The notes under the pieces were generated by a model that ran no database searches, was not told where the DNA came from, and was given only the letters and a program-made list of their open reading frames with translations. A stretch of 64,000 nt of DNA from Acidobacteriota bacterium (GTDB lineage: Bacteria; Acidobacteriota; Vicinamibacteria; Vicinamibacterales; UBA2999). Every line of letters begins with the position of its first letter. The first letter of the stretch is position 1. Shown piece by piece: positions 1-8,377 of this stretch. The position numbers and the translations under genes are program-made. The stretch lies in contig JBFMCA010000002.1 in NCBI GenBank assembly GCA_040754955.1, forward strand, positions 5,243 to 69,242. Reading direction: 5' to 3'.

Positions 1-539
1 TGATCGCCCTGGTGTACGGGCTGTTCGCCGTAACCACCTCGGGGCTGCTCGACCGAGACGCGCCTCGAGCGGGCTGGCGCGCGGCGTGGCTGATCGCCAT
101 CCTCGTGGCAGGCATGCAAATGGCCTCCGCGCGGACCACGCTGAGAGTGCCGATGCGAGCCGAGCGGTTCGGTTTCCAGTACGAGTACGGCTTCTCGGCG
201 CCGAGCCAGGGCCCCTCGGGGGAATTCCGCTGGACGGCCCGGCACGCCGTAGCCGTGGTCCCCGCGCAGGGGCGGCAACTCGAGCTGGAAATCTGGGTGA
301 TGCACCCAGACGTGGGGGCCCGCCCGGTCAAGGTTCAACTGCAGAAGGACGATGAAATCGTGATGGACCAGACCGTCAGCGCCCACGGGCCCTTCACCTA
401 CCTTCTCGCGGTGCAGCCAGGCAGGCCGTTCACCCGTTTCGAACTGGATGTCTCCCGGACATTCGGCGACGGGCGCGGCCTGCTCATCGGCGCGCGCTGG
501 CTTCCCGGCAGCCGGACCGGCAGTTCTCGCGTCCCGTAG
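1..539 (+). CDS. 5'-truncated membrane protein (C-terminal part: hydrophobic helix followed by a soluble beta-rich 'FRWT' domain)
   Basis: Frame is open from the window edge (atc gcc ctg gtg...) to TAG 537-539. It has the hydrophobic segment AAWLIAILVAGMQMA, then GF...GEFRWTARHA. Function not assignable. Confidence 0.6.
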   Translation, partial: IALVYGLFAVTTSGLLDRDAPRAGWRAAWLIAILVAGMQMASARTTLRVPMRAERFGFQYEYGFSAPSQGPSGEFRWTARHAVAVVPAQGRQLELEIWVMHPDVGARPVKVQLQKDDEIVMDQTVSAHGPFTYLLAVQPGRPFTRFELDVSRTFGDGRGLLIGARWLPGSRTGSSRVP

Positions 540-966
540 CCATGATTCGTGACATGAGTTGGAGGCCCGCGCGACAGGGTCCGCTGGGCAAGGCAGGCGG
601 TGCTGGCCCGATCACGGCTTCAGCGTGCCCGTCACTCATCGTTCGCTTCGCGCACGGACGCGGCTCATCGTAATACCCGTGCACGCGCTCATCGGTAAAC
701 CGCCCTCGCCACGTGCAGACGGTTCCCGGCGTCACGCGCACGCGCCACGCCACGACCTGACTGGTCCGCGTCCTCGGCGCTCCAGGATGATGGGGGCGCG
801 CCGCGCCGGCGCCGATCGCGATCGGTGGGTCAGCGCGTCGAGTCATCGTCCTTGGTCGTCGGTCGGAATCAACACAACCTGGCGGCGACCCATTCGCATG
901 CTACCCTCCTTGTAGCGCAGTTCGAGCGGGCGCCAGGTGTGTTACTTTCTGGCCGTTACGGGTTAG
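526..966 (-). mobile_element. IS630-family insertion sequence remnant, internally deleted (non-autonomous)
   Basis: RBS AAGGAGG precedes ATG 899. Translation gives MRMGRRQVVLIPTDDQGR*LDALTHRSRSAPARRAPIILE, then a frameshift into VRVTPGTVCTWRGRF..GYYDEPRPCAKRTMSDGHAEAVI, typical of the IS630 N-terminal HTH. This runs directly into C-terminal-like LAQRTL / QLMSRIMATG. Degenerate inverted ends: CCCGTA..GTGACA (533-554) versus TGTTAC..TACGGG (940-962). Confidence 0.75.
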
Positions 967-983
967 TCTCTCTAAGGTTAAGA

Positions 984-2276
984 TTAGAGTCGGACAACCT
1001 TCTCGCTTTCAATGCCCCTCAGGGCATTCCGTGTGTCCACGATGAGTGGGAAGCGGTCCACCATGCCCTGGTAGTCGAAGAGCGCGTGGTCGGTGATGAT
1101 GAGCGCGCAGTCCTTGCCCTCGTGGGCCCCTGCCTCGTCCTCGTGCGCGAGGCGATGTCCCGCGTGCTCGAACGACTCGAAGTACGGATCTGTGTAACTC
1201 ACCTGTGCGCCACGGCGGCGGAGCAGGTCGATGATGTCGAGCGCCGGAGACTCACGCAGGTCGTTGACATCCTTCTTGTAGGCGACGCCGAAGATATGCA
1301 CCCGCGCGCCGTTGAGCGCCTTGCGCTGGGTGTTGAGCGCGTCCATCACGAGCGACACGACGTGCTCCGGCATGCTGCTGTTCACATGCCCCGCGAGCTC
1401 GATGAAGCGGGCCTCGAAGTTGTGCTCCTTGGCCTTCCACGAGAGGTAGAACGGATCGATCGGAATGCAGTGCCCGCCGAGTCCAGGGCCGGGGTAGAAC
1501 GGCATGAACCCGAACGGCTTGGTCTTGGCGGCGTCGATGACCTCCCAGACATCGATGCCCATACGGTGGCACATCAACGCCAGCTCGTTCACGAGGCCGA
1601 TGTTCACCGCCCGGAACGTGTTCTCGAGCAGCTTGACCATCTCAGCGACCCTCGTGGAGCTCACCGGCACGACGGTCTCGAGCACCTGGCTGTAGAACGC
1701 GACAGCCGCGCGCAGACTCTCCGGATTGTGGCCACCCACGACCTTCGGGATGTTGCGGGTCTGGAACTGCGGGTTTCCGGGATCCACGCGTTCGGGTGAG
1801 AAGGCCAGGTAGAAGTCGGTTCCCGCCTTGAGCCCCCTCTTTTCGAGGGCGGTGCGCACGACCTCATCGGTGGTCCCCGGGTACGTCGTTGATTCGAGGA
1901 TGACGAGCTGCCCCTTGCGCAGCACCTGCGCGGTGGTCTCCACCGCCTTCACGACGTAGGACAGGTCCGGGTCCTTGGTCTTCCGGAGCGGCGTGGGAAC
2001 GCAGATGTCGATGATGTCGACGTCCGCGAGCTGGCCGGGATCGGTGGTGGCCACGAACCGCCCGCTGTTGACCACCTCGGCGAGATGCGCGGTGGGCACG
2101 TCGGGGATGTAGCTCACGCCCTTGTTCAGTTCGCCGACGCGAACGGTATCGACGTCGAACCCGACAACGCTGAAGCCCGCGCGCGCGAACTCCACGGCCA
2201 GCGGCAGGCCGACGTAGCCGAGCCCGATCACGCCGAGCCGCGCCTGCTTCGATTCGATCCGCTTCAGAAGCTCCAT
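984..2276 (-). CDS. Nucleotide-sugar dehydrogenase (UDP-glucose/GDP-mannose dehydrogenase family; UDP-GlcNAc/ManNAc 6-dehydrogenase-like)
   Basis: Motifs GVIGLGYVGLPLA, ICVPTP, ESTTYPGTT, FSPERVDPG, KLLENTFRAVNI and GLGGHCIPIDP. ATG at 2276. Confidence 0.95.
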   Translation of the reverse strand: MELLKRIESKQARLGVIGLGYVGLPLAVEFARAGFSVVGFDVDTVRVGELNKGVSYIPDVPTAHLAEVVNSGRFVATTDPGQLADVDIIDICVPTPLRKTKDPDLSYVVKAVETTAQVLRKGQLVILESTTYPGTTDEVVRTALEKRGLKAGTDFYLAFSPERVDPGNPQFQTRNIPKVVGGHNPESLRAAVAFYSQVLETVVPVSSTRVAEMVKLLENTFRAVNIGLVNELALMCHRMGIDVWEVIDAAKTKPFGFMPFYPGPGLGGHCIPIDPFYLSWKAKEHNFEARFIELAGHVNSSMPEHVVSLVMDALNTQRKALNGARVHIFGVAYKKDVNDLRESPALDIIDLLRRRGAQVSYTDPYFESFEHAGHRLAHEDEAGAHEGKDCALIITDHALFDYQGMVDRFPLIVDTRNALRGIESEKVVRL

Positions 2277-2284
2277 GTCTGATG

Positions 2285-3400
2285 TCACCCGCGGTAATGC
2301 GCCCGCACCGAGTCGACCACTTCGGCCTGCTGAGCCTCGGTGAGCTCCCCGTAGATTGGGAGGGCCAACGACGTGTTCGCCGCCTGTTCCGCCACAGGGA
2401 ACGCCCCCTGGCGGTACCCCAGCTGAGCAAAGCACTCTTGCATGTGGAATGCCACCGGGTAGTAGATCTCGGTGCCGATCTGGGCGCGCGTGAGCGACGC
2501 GCGGAGCGCGTCCCGATCCGGCACGCGAATCACGAACTGGTTGTAGATATGCGTGCGATCCGGCGCCGCCTCGGGCAGCCGGACAGTGTCCAGCAGCCCC
2601 GCTGCTGCAAACATCGCGCGATAGCGCGCGGCGTTGCGCTGGCGTGCGGCGGTCCAGGCGGGCAGGTGCGGCAGCTTCACCCGCAGCACGGCGGCCTGGA
2701 GCGCGTCGATGCGGAAGTTCCCGCCGACCAGGTGGTGGTAGTACTTCGGCTCCATGCCGTGGTTCCGGAGCAGGGCGAGCCGGTGCCCGAGCGCGTCGTC
2801 GTCGGTCGTGACGAGCCCGCCGTCCCCGAAGGCGCCGAGGTTCTTGCTCGGGAAGAACGAGAAGCAGCCGATGGCCCCCATGGTACCGGCCTGTCGGTTG
2901 CCGTAGGCCGCGCCGATGGCCTGCGCCGCGTCCTCGATGATCGGAATGCCACGAGCCGACGCCAGCGACAGCAGCGGGCCCATGTCGGCGCACTGGCCGA
3001 AGAGGTGCACGGGGATGATCGCCCTGGTCCGCGGCGTGATCGCCGCCTCGACCGCGGCAGGATCGATGTTGAACGTCGCGTCGTCGATGTCGGTGAGCAC
3101 CGGGGTCGCGCCGACCCGCGCGATGCACCCGGCCGTGGCGAAGAACGAGTACGTGCTCGTGATCACCTCGTCGCCGGGGCCGATGCCGAGCGCCATGAGG
3201 GCCGCCAGCAGCGCGTCCGTGCCGGAGGACACCGCCACCGCGTGGCGCGCTCCCGTGAACGCGGCAAGCTCACGCTCGAGGCCCTCGACCTCCGGCCCCA
3301 TGATGAAACGCTGGCTGTCGCAGACCCGGGTGATGGTGGCGAGGAGCTGGTCGCGAAGCGGCGCGTACTGCGCACCGAGATCTAGCAGGGGTACGGGCAC
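2285..3400 (-). CDS. DegT/DnrJ/EryC1/StrS family PLP-dependent sugar aminotransferase
   Basis: Motifs [25 protein letters not shown] and [18 protein letters not shown] start chosen at 3400 (alternative 3409). Confidence 0.95.
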   Translation of the reverse strand: MPVPLLDLGAQYAPLRDQLLATITRVCDSQRFIMGPEVEGLERELAAFTGARHAVAVSSGTDALLAALMALGIGPGDEVITSTYSFFATAGCIARVGATPVLTDIDDATFNIDPAAVEAAITPRTRAIIPVHLFGQCADMGPLLSLASARGIPIIEDAAQAIGAAYGNRQAGTMGAIGCFSFFPSKNLGAFGDGGLVTTDDDALGHRLALLRNHGMEPKYYHHLVGGNFRIDALQAAVLRVKLPHLPAWTAARQRNAARYRAMFAAAGLLDTVRLPEAAPDRTHIYNQFVIRVPDRDALRASLTRAQIGTEIYYPVAFHMQECFAQLGYRQGAFPVAEQAANTSLALPIYGELTEAQQAEVVDSVRAHYRG

Positions 3401-3471
3401 AAACACCAATCGTACATGCCCGGCCTCGTGAGGCGCAAGGCGGCTGAGCCGCTGGCCTATAGTTGAGGCCT
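3401..3471. promoter_or_regulatory. Putative divergent promoter region with two -10-like hexamers close to the start codons
   Basis: TATAGT (3458-3463, +) lies 8 nt before ATG 3472. TACGAT (3414-3409, -) lies 8 nt before GTG 3400. Confidence 0.45.
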
Positions 3472-4572
3472 ATGGAATCGGTCGACGTGGCCGTCGTGGG
3501 CGGCGGGGTGGTCGGGCTGGCGTGCGCGGCCCGGCTGGTGGAGGCCGGCGCGTCCGTGTGCCTGCTGGAGAGCGCGCCCCGGGCGGGGCATGCGACCAGC
3601 ACGCGCAACAGCGGCGTCATTCACGCCGGGATCTACTACCCTGCCGGATCGCTCAAGGCCGACCTGTGCGTGCGCGGCCGGCACCTGCTGTACGAGTACT
3701 GCGGCCGGCACGGCGTCCCGCACGAGCGATGTGGCAAGCTGATCGTGGCGGGGGTCGCCGCGGACGTGCCCGTGCTGGAGGCGCTGCACGCGCGCGGGAC
3801 CGCGAACGGCGTGCCGCTCGAGCTGGTCGACGCGGCGTTCGTGAAGGCCAGGGAGCCGCACGTGCGCGGCGTCGCGGCGATCTGGTCGCCGGAGACCGGC
3901 ATCGTGAGCCCGGAGGCGCTCGTGCGCGCCCTCGAACACGAGTGCGCGTCGAGGGACGTCGCGGTGCTCGTCGGCACGCCGCTCGTCGGCGCCGAGACCT
4001 CGCGCAGTGGCATCGTGCTGGTGACGGCCCGCGAGCGGATCCTGGCCTCGGTGGTGGTGAATGCCGCGGGCCTGTACGCGGATCGTGTCTCGGCCACACT
4101 CGGCGCGCGGACGTTCCGAATCCATCCCTGCCGCGGCGAGTACGCCGAGCTCGCGCCGTCGCGCCGCGGATGGTTGACGGGGCTCGTGTATCCGCTGCCA
4201 CACCCGTCCGGCGCGGGTCTGGGCGTCCACCTCACGAAGACCACCTGGGGCAGCGTGATGCTGGGCCCGACGATCAAGTACCAGGACGGCCGAGAGGACT
4301 ACGAGAGCGATCGGCTCCCGCTCGACGCCTTCGTCGAGCCGGCCCGGGAGCTCCTGCCGGAGCTCACGCTGACAGACCTTCGTCCGGGTGGCTCGGGGAT
4401 CCGCGCGAAACTGCACGGACCCGAGGCCACCTTCGCGGACTTCCTGGTCGAGCAGGACCCGGTGAACGGCCGGGTGATTCAGGCGGCGGGGATCGACTCA
4501 CCAGGCCTCACGTCGTGCCTGGCGATCGGCGAGCGGGTCAGGAGGATTTGGGAAGGGATGCGCGGAAACTGA
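3472..4572 (+). CDS. FAD-dependent oxidoreductase, L-2-hydroxyglutarate oxidase (LhgO/DAO)-like
   Basis: Motifs [47 protein letters not shown] and [14 protein letters not shown]. Confidence 0.9.
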   Translation: MESVDVAVVGGGVVGLACAARLVEAGASVCLLESAPRAGHATSTRNSGVIHAGIYYPAGSLKADLCVRGRHLLYEYCGRHGVPHERCGKLIVAGVAADVPVLEALHARGTANGVPLELVDAAFVKAREPHVRGVAAIWSPETGIVSPEALVRALEHECASRDVAVLVGTPLVGAETSRSGIVLVTARERILASVVVNAAGLYADRVSATLGARTFRIHPCRGEYAELAPSRRGWLTGLVYPLPHPSGAGLGVHLTKTTWGSVMLGPTIKYQDGREDYESDRLPLDAFVEPARELLPELTLTDLRPGGSGIRAKLHGPEATFADFLVEQDPVNGRVIQAAGIDSPGLTSCLAIGERVRRIWEGMRGN

Positions 4573-5425
4573 GATAGCGCGCCAGCGCGTCCTGCCAGCT
4601 GGGCATCACGAACGCGGCACGCGCGAGGCGCGCGTTCGACAACGCTGCGAACAGCGGGCGCGGCGCCTCGAGGTTGAGGTCGGCAGCCGACACGGGCTCG
4701 ATGTGCTCCCCCCCGCCCACGTGGCGCGCGGCTTCCCTCGCGATGTCGAGCCACGTCGCGTGGCCCGAGTTCACGACGTGGTAAAGCCCCCACGGCGCAC
4801 CGCGACCGAGCAGCGCAGCGGTGGCGGCGGCAGCGTCCAGCAGGTACGTGGGTGAGGCCACCCGGTCGTGGACGGCCTTCAGTGGGCGCCGGGCCTCGAG
4901 TGCCTCGATGATGCGGTCGAGGCTTCCCACGTGCGGGCTGCCCGGCACGTGAGTGGTGCCGAACAGGCTCTCGACGCGCAGGACGTACCACCGGCCCGCA
5001 TCCCTGGCAAACCACTCGCCCACCAGCTTGGACGCGGCGTACACGCTGCCCGGGTTTGGTTTGTCGTCTTCCGAGTACGGGGCGGTGGCTCTTCCATCGA
5101 AAACGAAGTCGGTGCTGTAGTGCACCAGCGTCGCCCCATGCCTGGCGGCCTCGCGCGCGAGCGAGCGCACCGCGATTGCGTTCACCGCGAACGCCGCCTC
5201 CGCATCGTGCTCAGCGCCGTCCACGTCGTTGAACGACGCGCAGTTGAGGACGACAGCCGGCCGCAACTGGTCGAAGGTCTCGACCACACGCCCGTGATCG
5301 CGGACGTCCAGCTCCGATCTCGTGAGGAGGACAACCGGGCCGCGGCCGTCAAACTCGGCTTTCAGGGCACCCGCGAGCTGCGCGTGTGCGCCGGTGATCA
5401 CGACGGGACGATCGCGTGGGTTCAT
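4538..5425 (-). CDS. rfbD: dTDP-4-dehydrorhamnose reductase-like protein (RmlD family)
   Basis: Motifs [36 protein letters not shown] and APRP. ATGA overlap at 5422-5425. Confidence 0.85.
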   Translation of the reverse strand: MNPRDRPVVITGAHAQLAGALKAEFDGRGPVVLLTRSELDVRDHGRVVETFDQLRPAVVLNCASFNDVDGAEHDAEAAFAVNAIAVRSLAREAARHGATLVHYSTDFVFDGRATAPYSEDDKPNPGSVYAASKLVGEWFARDAGRWYVLRVESLFGTTHVPGSPHVGSLDRIIEALEARRPLKAVHDRVASPTYLLDAAAATAALLGRGAPWGLYHVVNSGHATWLDIAREAARHVGGGEHIEPVSAADLNLEAPRPLFAALSNARLARAAFVMPSWQDALARYLSFRASLPKSS

Positions 5426-6282
5426 CGGACGGTCTGTTTGATCGTACAGCGAAGCGACAGCACCGCGCGCGCCAGAAGGCGCCCGGGATGCCAGCGCTGC
5501 GGGATGACGTGGGTCACGTAGTACCGATAGGCGCTGTCGTGGAACGCCTCGATCGCCAGCGCGCGCGCGTGGCGGCTCGACTGGCCCACGTGGTGGACGA
5601 CGGTGGCGGCAGGGACGTACCGGGTGAGCCACCCGGCGTCGCGGAGCCGGCGGCAGAGATCGGCATCCTCCCAGTACAGGAAGTATCCCTCGTCGAACCC
5701 GCCCACCGCGGCGAGCGCCTCGCGGCGCGCGAGCATCGCCGCGCCGGACACCCAGTCGACGGGGACGCTGGGCAGGCCGGCGGCAACCGCGCGTTCCGCC
5801 GCGAGGTTCCGCTTGACGATGGCGAGATCGGGAAACCAGCGCGAGAGCCGGCTCGTGCGGCCGAAGAGCCCCGTCAGCAACGTCGGGTCTCCGCGGGCGC
5901 TCTCCTGGAGCGTGCCGTCGGCGTTCAGGATCCGTGGTCCGACGATCGCGGCGTCCGCATGCGCCGCGAGCACGTCGGTCAGCGCCTTCACCGCACCCGG
6001 CACGAGACGGCAATCAGGGTTCAGGATCAGCACGAGCGGCGCGCTCGATGCGGCGATGCCGGCGTTGACCCCTCGCGCGAACCCAGCGTTGGCGCCCATC
6101 CGCCTGAGCGCGACCCGGTCACCCGCGCGCTCCGCGTGCCGCTCGCTTCCATCGTTGGACGCGTTGTCCACGACAACGGCCTCCCAGTCGAACCCCTCGA
6201 GGCCCGGCGCCAGGCTGGACAACGTCTCCTCGAGCGCCTCGCCCGCGTTGAAGTTGACGATGACGACCGCCAGCTCCTTCAT
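5422..6282 (-). CDS. Glycosyltransferase family 2
   Basis: Motifs VVIVNFN, VVDNASNDGS, NAGFARGVN, LILNPD, WVSGAAML and YFLYWEDADLC. Confidence 0.92.
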   Translation of the reverse strand: MKELAVVIVNFNAGEALEETLSSLAPGLEGFDWEAVVVDNASNDGSERHAERAGDRVALRRMGANAGFARGVNAGIAASSAPLVLILNPDCRLVPGAVKALTDVLAAHADAAIVGPRILNADGTLQESARGDPTLLTGLFGRTSRLSRWFPDLAIVKRNLAAERAVAAGLPSVPVDWVSGAAMLARREALAAVGGFDEGYFLYWEDADLCRRLRDAGWLTRYVPAATVVHHVGQSSRHARALAIEAFHDSAYRYYVTHVIPQRWHPGRLLARAVLSLRCTIKQTVR

Positions 6283-7280
6283 GGCGCCCCTGCCTCGCGG
6301 GCGTCGAACCGCTTCTCCCCCACCTTGACGCTGAGCCAGCGCGGCTCGAGCTGTCGCCAGATGTCCGCGGAGGACGCGCGCCTCACGTTTTGGATGGCCG
6401 CGCGCTTGCGCCACATCCGCCGCAGTCCCCGGGCCGCGGCGAGCTTTGCGCGCAGGAAGGTCGTGACCTTCCCCATCGCCAGGAAGTATACGGCCGCCGC
6501 CGACACGTAAACGAGATGCGCCGGCAGCGTGCGCACGAGGAGCGAGACAGGCGTGTTCTTGAGGTACACCCACTCGAGGTTGCGCTGCCCGTGGAAGATC
6601 GACAGGTCGCTCCGGTGTCCGAGCGTGGCGCTGCCCACGTGGTGCACGACGGAGTCTGGAACGTACACACACGCGTGCCCGAGCAGCCGAACGCGGTACG
6701 ACAGATCGACGTCCTCATGGCAGACGAAGAAGTCCTCGTCGAATCCCCCTGCCTCCACGAACACGTCACGCCGGATGAGGAACGAGGCGCCGCACGCGCC
6801 GAACACTTCCTTCGCGTGCAGGTACCCGTCGGCGGGCGCACCATGGCCGATCTTGAACGCGCCCCCCGCGCGGGTCATCGCGTCGCCGGCGCTGTCGAGG
6901 ACGCGCGGATCGTCCATGTAGACGATGCGGGAGGCGACCATCGCCGTGCCCGGCCTCGCGTCGAGGGCGCGCACGAGCGCGGCCAGCCATCCGGGTTGGA
7001 CGCGCGTGTCGTTGTTCAGAAACACCAGCGTCGACGCGCGCGCCGCCTCGGCGCCGCGGTTGTTCCCGCCCGCAAAGCCGAGGTTCTCCGCGAGCGCCAC
7101 GACGCGCACGCGCGGGAAGTGCGTGCGCACGAAGTCGACAGATCCGTCCGCCGAGGCGTTGTCGACCAGGATGGTCTCGAACGCGACGCCCTCCTGCGCC
7201 TCCAGCGCCTCGAAGCACCCGCGTAGGTGATGCCGGCCGTTGAAGTTGATGACGACGACGGAGACCTGGGGCTCGTTCAT
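6279..7280 (-). CDS. Glycosyltransferase family 2
   Basis: Motifs VSVVVINFNG, LVDNASADGS, NLGFAGGNN, FLNNDT and GGFDEDFFVCHEDVDL. ATG at 7280. Confidence 0.92.
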   Translation of the reverse strand: MNEPQVSVVVINFNGRHHLRGCFEALEAQEGVAFETILVDNASADGSVDFVRTHFPRVRVVALAENLGFAGGNNRGAEAARASTLVFLNNDTRVQPGWLAALVRALDARPGTAMVASRIVYMDDPRVLDSAGDAMTRAGGAFKIGHGAPADGYLHAKEVFGACGASFLIRRDVFVEAGGFDEDFFVCHEDVDLSYRVRLLGHACVYVPDSVVHHVGSATLGHRSDLSIFHGQRNLEWVYLKNTPVSLLVRTLPAHLVYVSAAAVYFLAMGKVTTFLRAKLAAARGLRRMWRKRAAIQNVRRASSADIWRQLEPRWLSVKVGEKRFDAREAGAP

Positions 7281-8377
7281 CGTGTGCTCGCGGCCTCTCG
7301 GTAGACGTCGAGCGTGAGCCGCGCGGTGCGCTCCCACGTGAACTCCGCCGCGCGTGCCAGCCCGCGCGCCGACAGCGTCGCGCGGTGACGGCCGTCCTCG
7401 AGCACCGCCCTGAGCGCGTTCGCCCAGTGAGCGCCGGTCACCGGATCGACCAGCACCGCCGCATCGCCGCCGACCTCGCCGGCCGTGGCGGCGCGTGCCG
7501 CGATGACCGGCACGCCGCAGGCCATCGCCTCGAGAATCGGGAGGCCGAAGCCCTCGTAGAGCGACGGGTACACCAGAGCCATGGCGCCGCGATACGCCGC
7601 GAGCAACGTGTCTTCGTCGACGTTCCCTAGCACGCGCAGCGCTGAGTCGTGCCCCTGCGCACGGGCGAAGTCCGCCAGCGGCGCCAGCCCACCGCGGTCG
7701 ATGCCAATCAGGTGGAGCGACAGGTCCCTGAAGCGTTCGCCCTCGCGGCGCAGGAGGATGACCGCCTCGAGCGCTACCATCAGGTTGCGCCTCGGGTGGA
7801 TGTCGCCCACGTGGAGCACGTAGCGGGCGCGGTCCTCGGGCGGCGGCACGGGAGGCGGCGTGAACCGGGGCGACACGCCGAGCGGCACCACCCGGATGCG
7901 AGACGGGGGGATGCCGTAGGCGGCCGTGATCTCCGCCTTCGAGAACGCCGAGTCCGTGATGATGAGCGTCGCCGCCCGCGCGCTGGCGCGGTAGAAGGCG
8001 CGGCGCAGCGGATCGCGGCGGTGCGGGTACCAATCCGGCCGCCGCTCGTAGCTCACGTCGTGGACCGTGAGGACGATGGGCGAGACGCCGAAGGGGGGCG
8101 CGGTGTAGGCGGGCCCGTGGTAGACGTCGAGACGCGCCCGCCGCGCCGCCCGGGCGAGACCCACGGCGGTCCAGCCGAGGTTCGTGGGCGGGTGGATGGG
8201 CTCGGGACGCCGTTCGACGGCGGCCGGCCACGGGCCGCCCCCGCCGAGCGCCACGAGCTGCAACAGTCCGTCCAGCCGCAGCAGCGCGGCGACGAGCTCG
8301 CTCGTGTAACGGCGGACGCCCGCCGCGGGCGAGATGAGCGCCCGTCCGTCGATGCCGACCCGCAGCACGCGGCTCAC
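7277..8377 (-). CDS. Glycosyltransferase family 4 (GT1/group 1)
   Basis: Motifs VGIDGRAL..GVRRY, LTVHD and YPSLYEGFGLPILEAMACGVPVI. GTGA overlap at 8374-8377. Confidence 0.92.
   Translation of the reverse strand: MSRVLRVGIDGRALISPAAGVRRYTSELVAALLRLDGLLQLVALGGGGPWPAAVERRPEPIHPPTNLGWTAVGLARAARRARLDVYHGPAYTAPPFGVSPIVLTVHDVSYERRPDWYPHRRDPLRRAFYRASARAATLIITDSAFSKAEITAAYGIPPSRIRVVPLGVSPRFTPPPVPPPEDRARYVLHVGDIHPRRNLMVALEAVILLRREGERFRDLSLHLIGIDRGGLAPLADFARAQGHDSALRVLGNVDEDTLLAAYRGAMALVYPSLYEGFGLPILEAMACGVPVIAARAATAGEVGGDAAVLVDPVTGAHWANALRAVLEDGRHRATLSARGLARAAEFTWERTARLTLDVYREAASTR

Noticed and set aside
484-915. ORFs 484-846 (-) and 559-915 (+) as independent genes
   Set aside because: Better explained as fragments or shadows of the IS630 remnant.
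962-984. Integron attC/attI core sites (GTT-rich segment)
   Set aside because: No clean GTTRRRY/RYYYAAC pair with an attC-like fold, and no integrase in the window.
2277-3128. Long N-terminal extensions in the ORF track (e.g. 984-3128, 4538-6013, 7277-10105, 11860-14256, 19698-22493) suggesting fusions
   Set aside because: The extensions are low-complexity Arg/Pro/Gly read-through of the upstream gene's alternate frame. Family motifs start at downstream ATG/GTG codons that overlap or closely follow the upstream stops.
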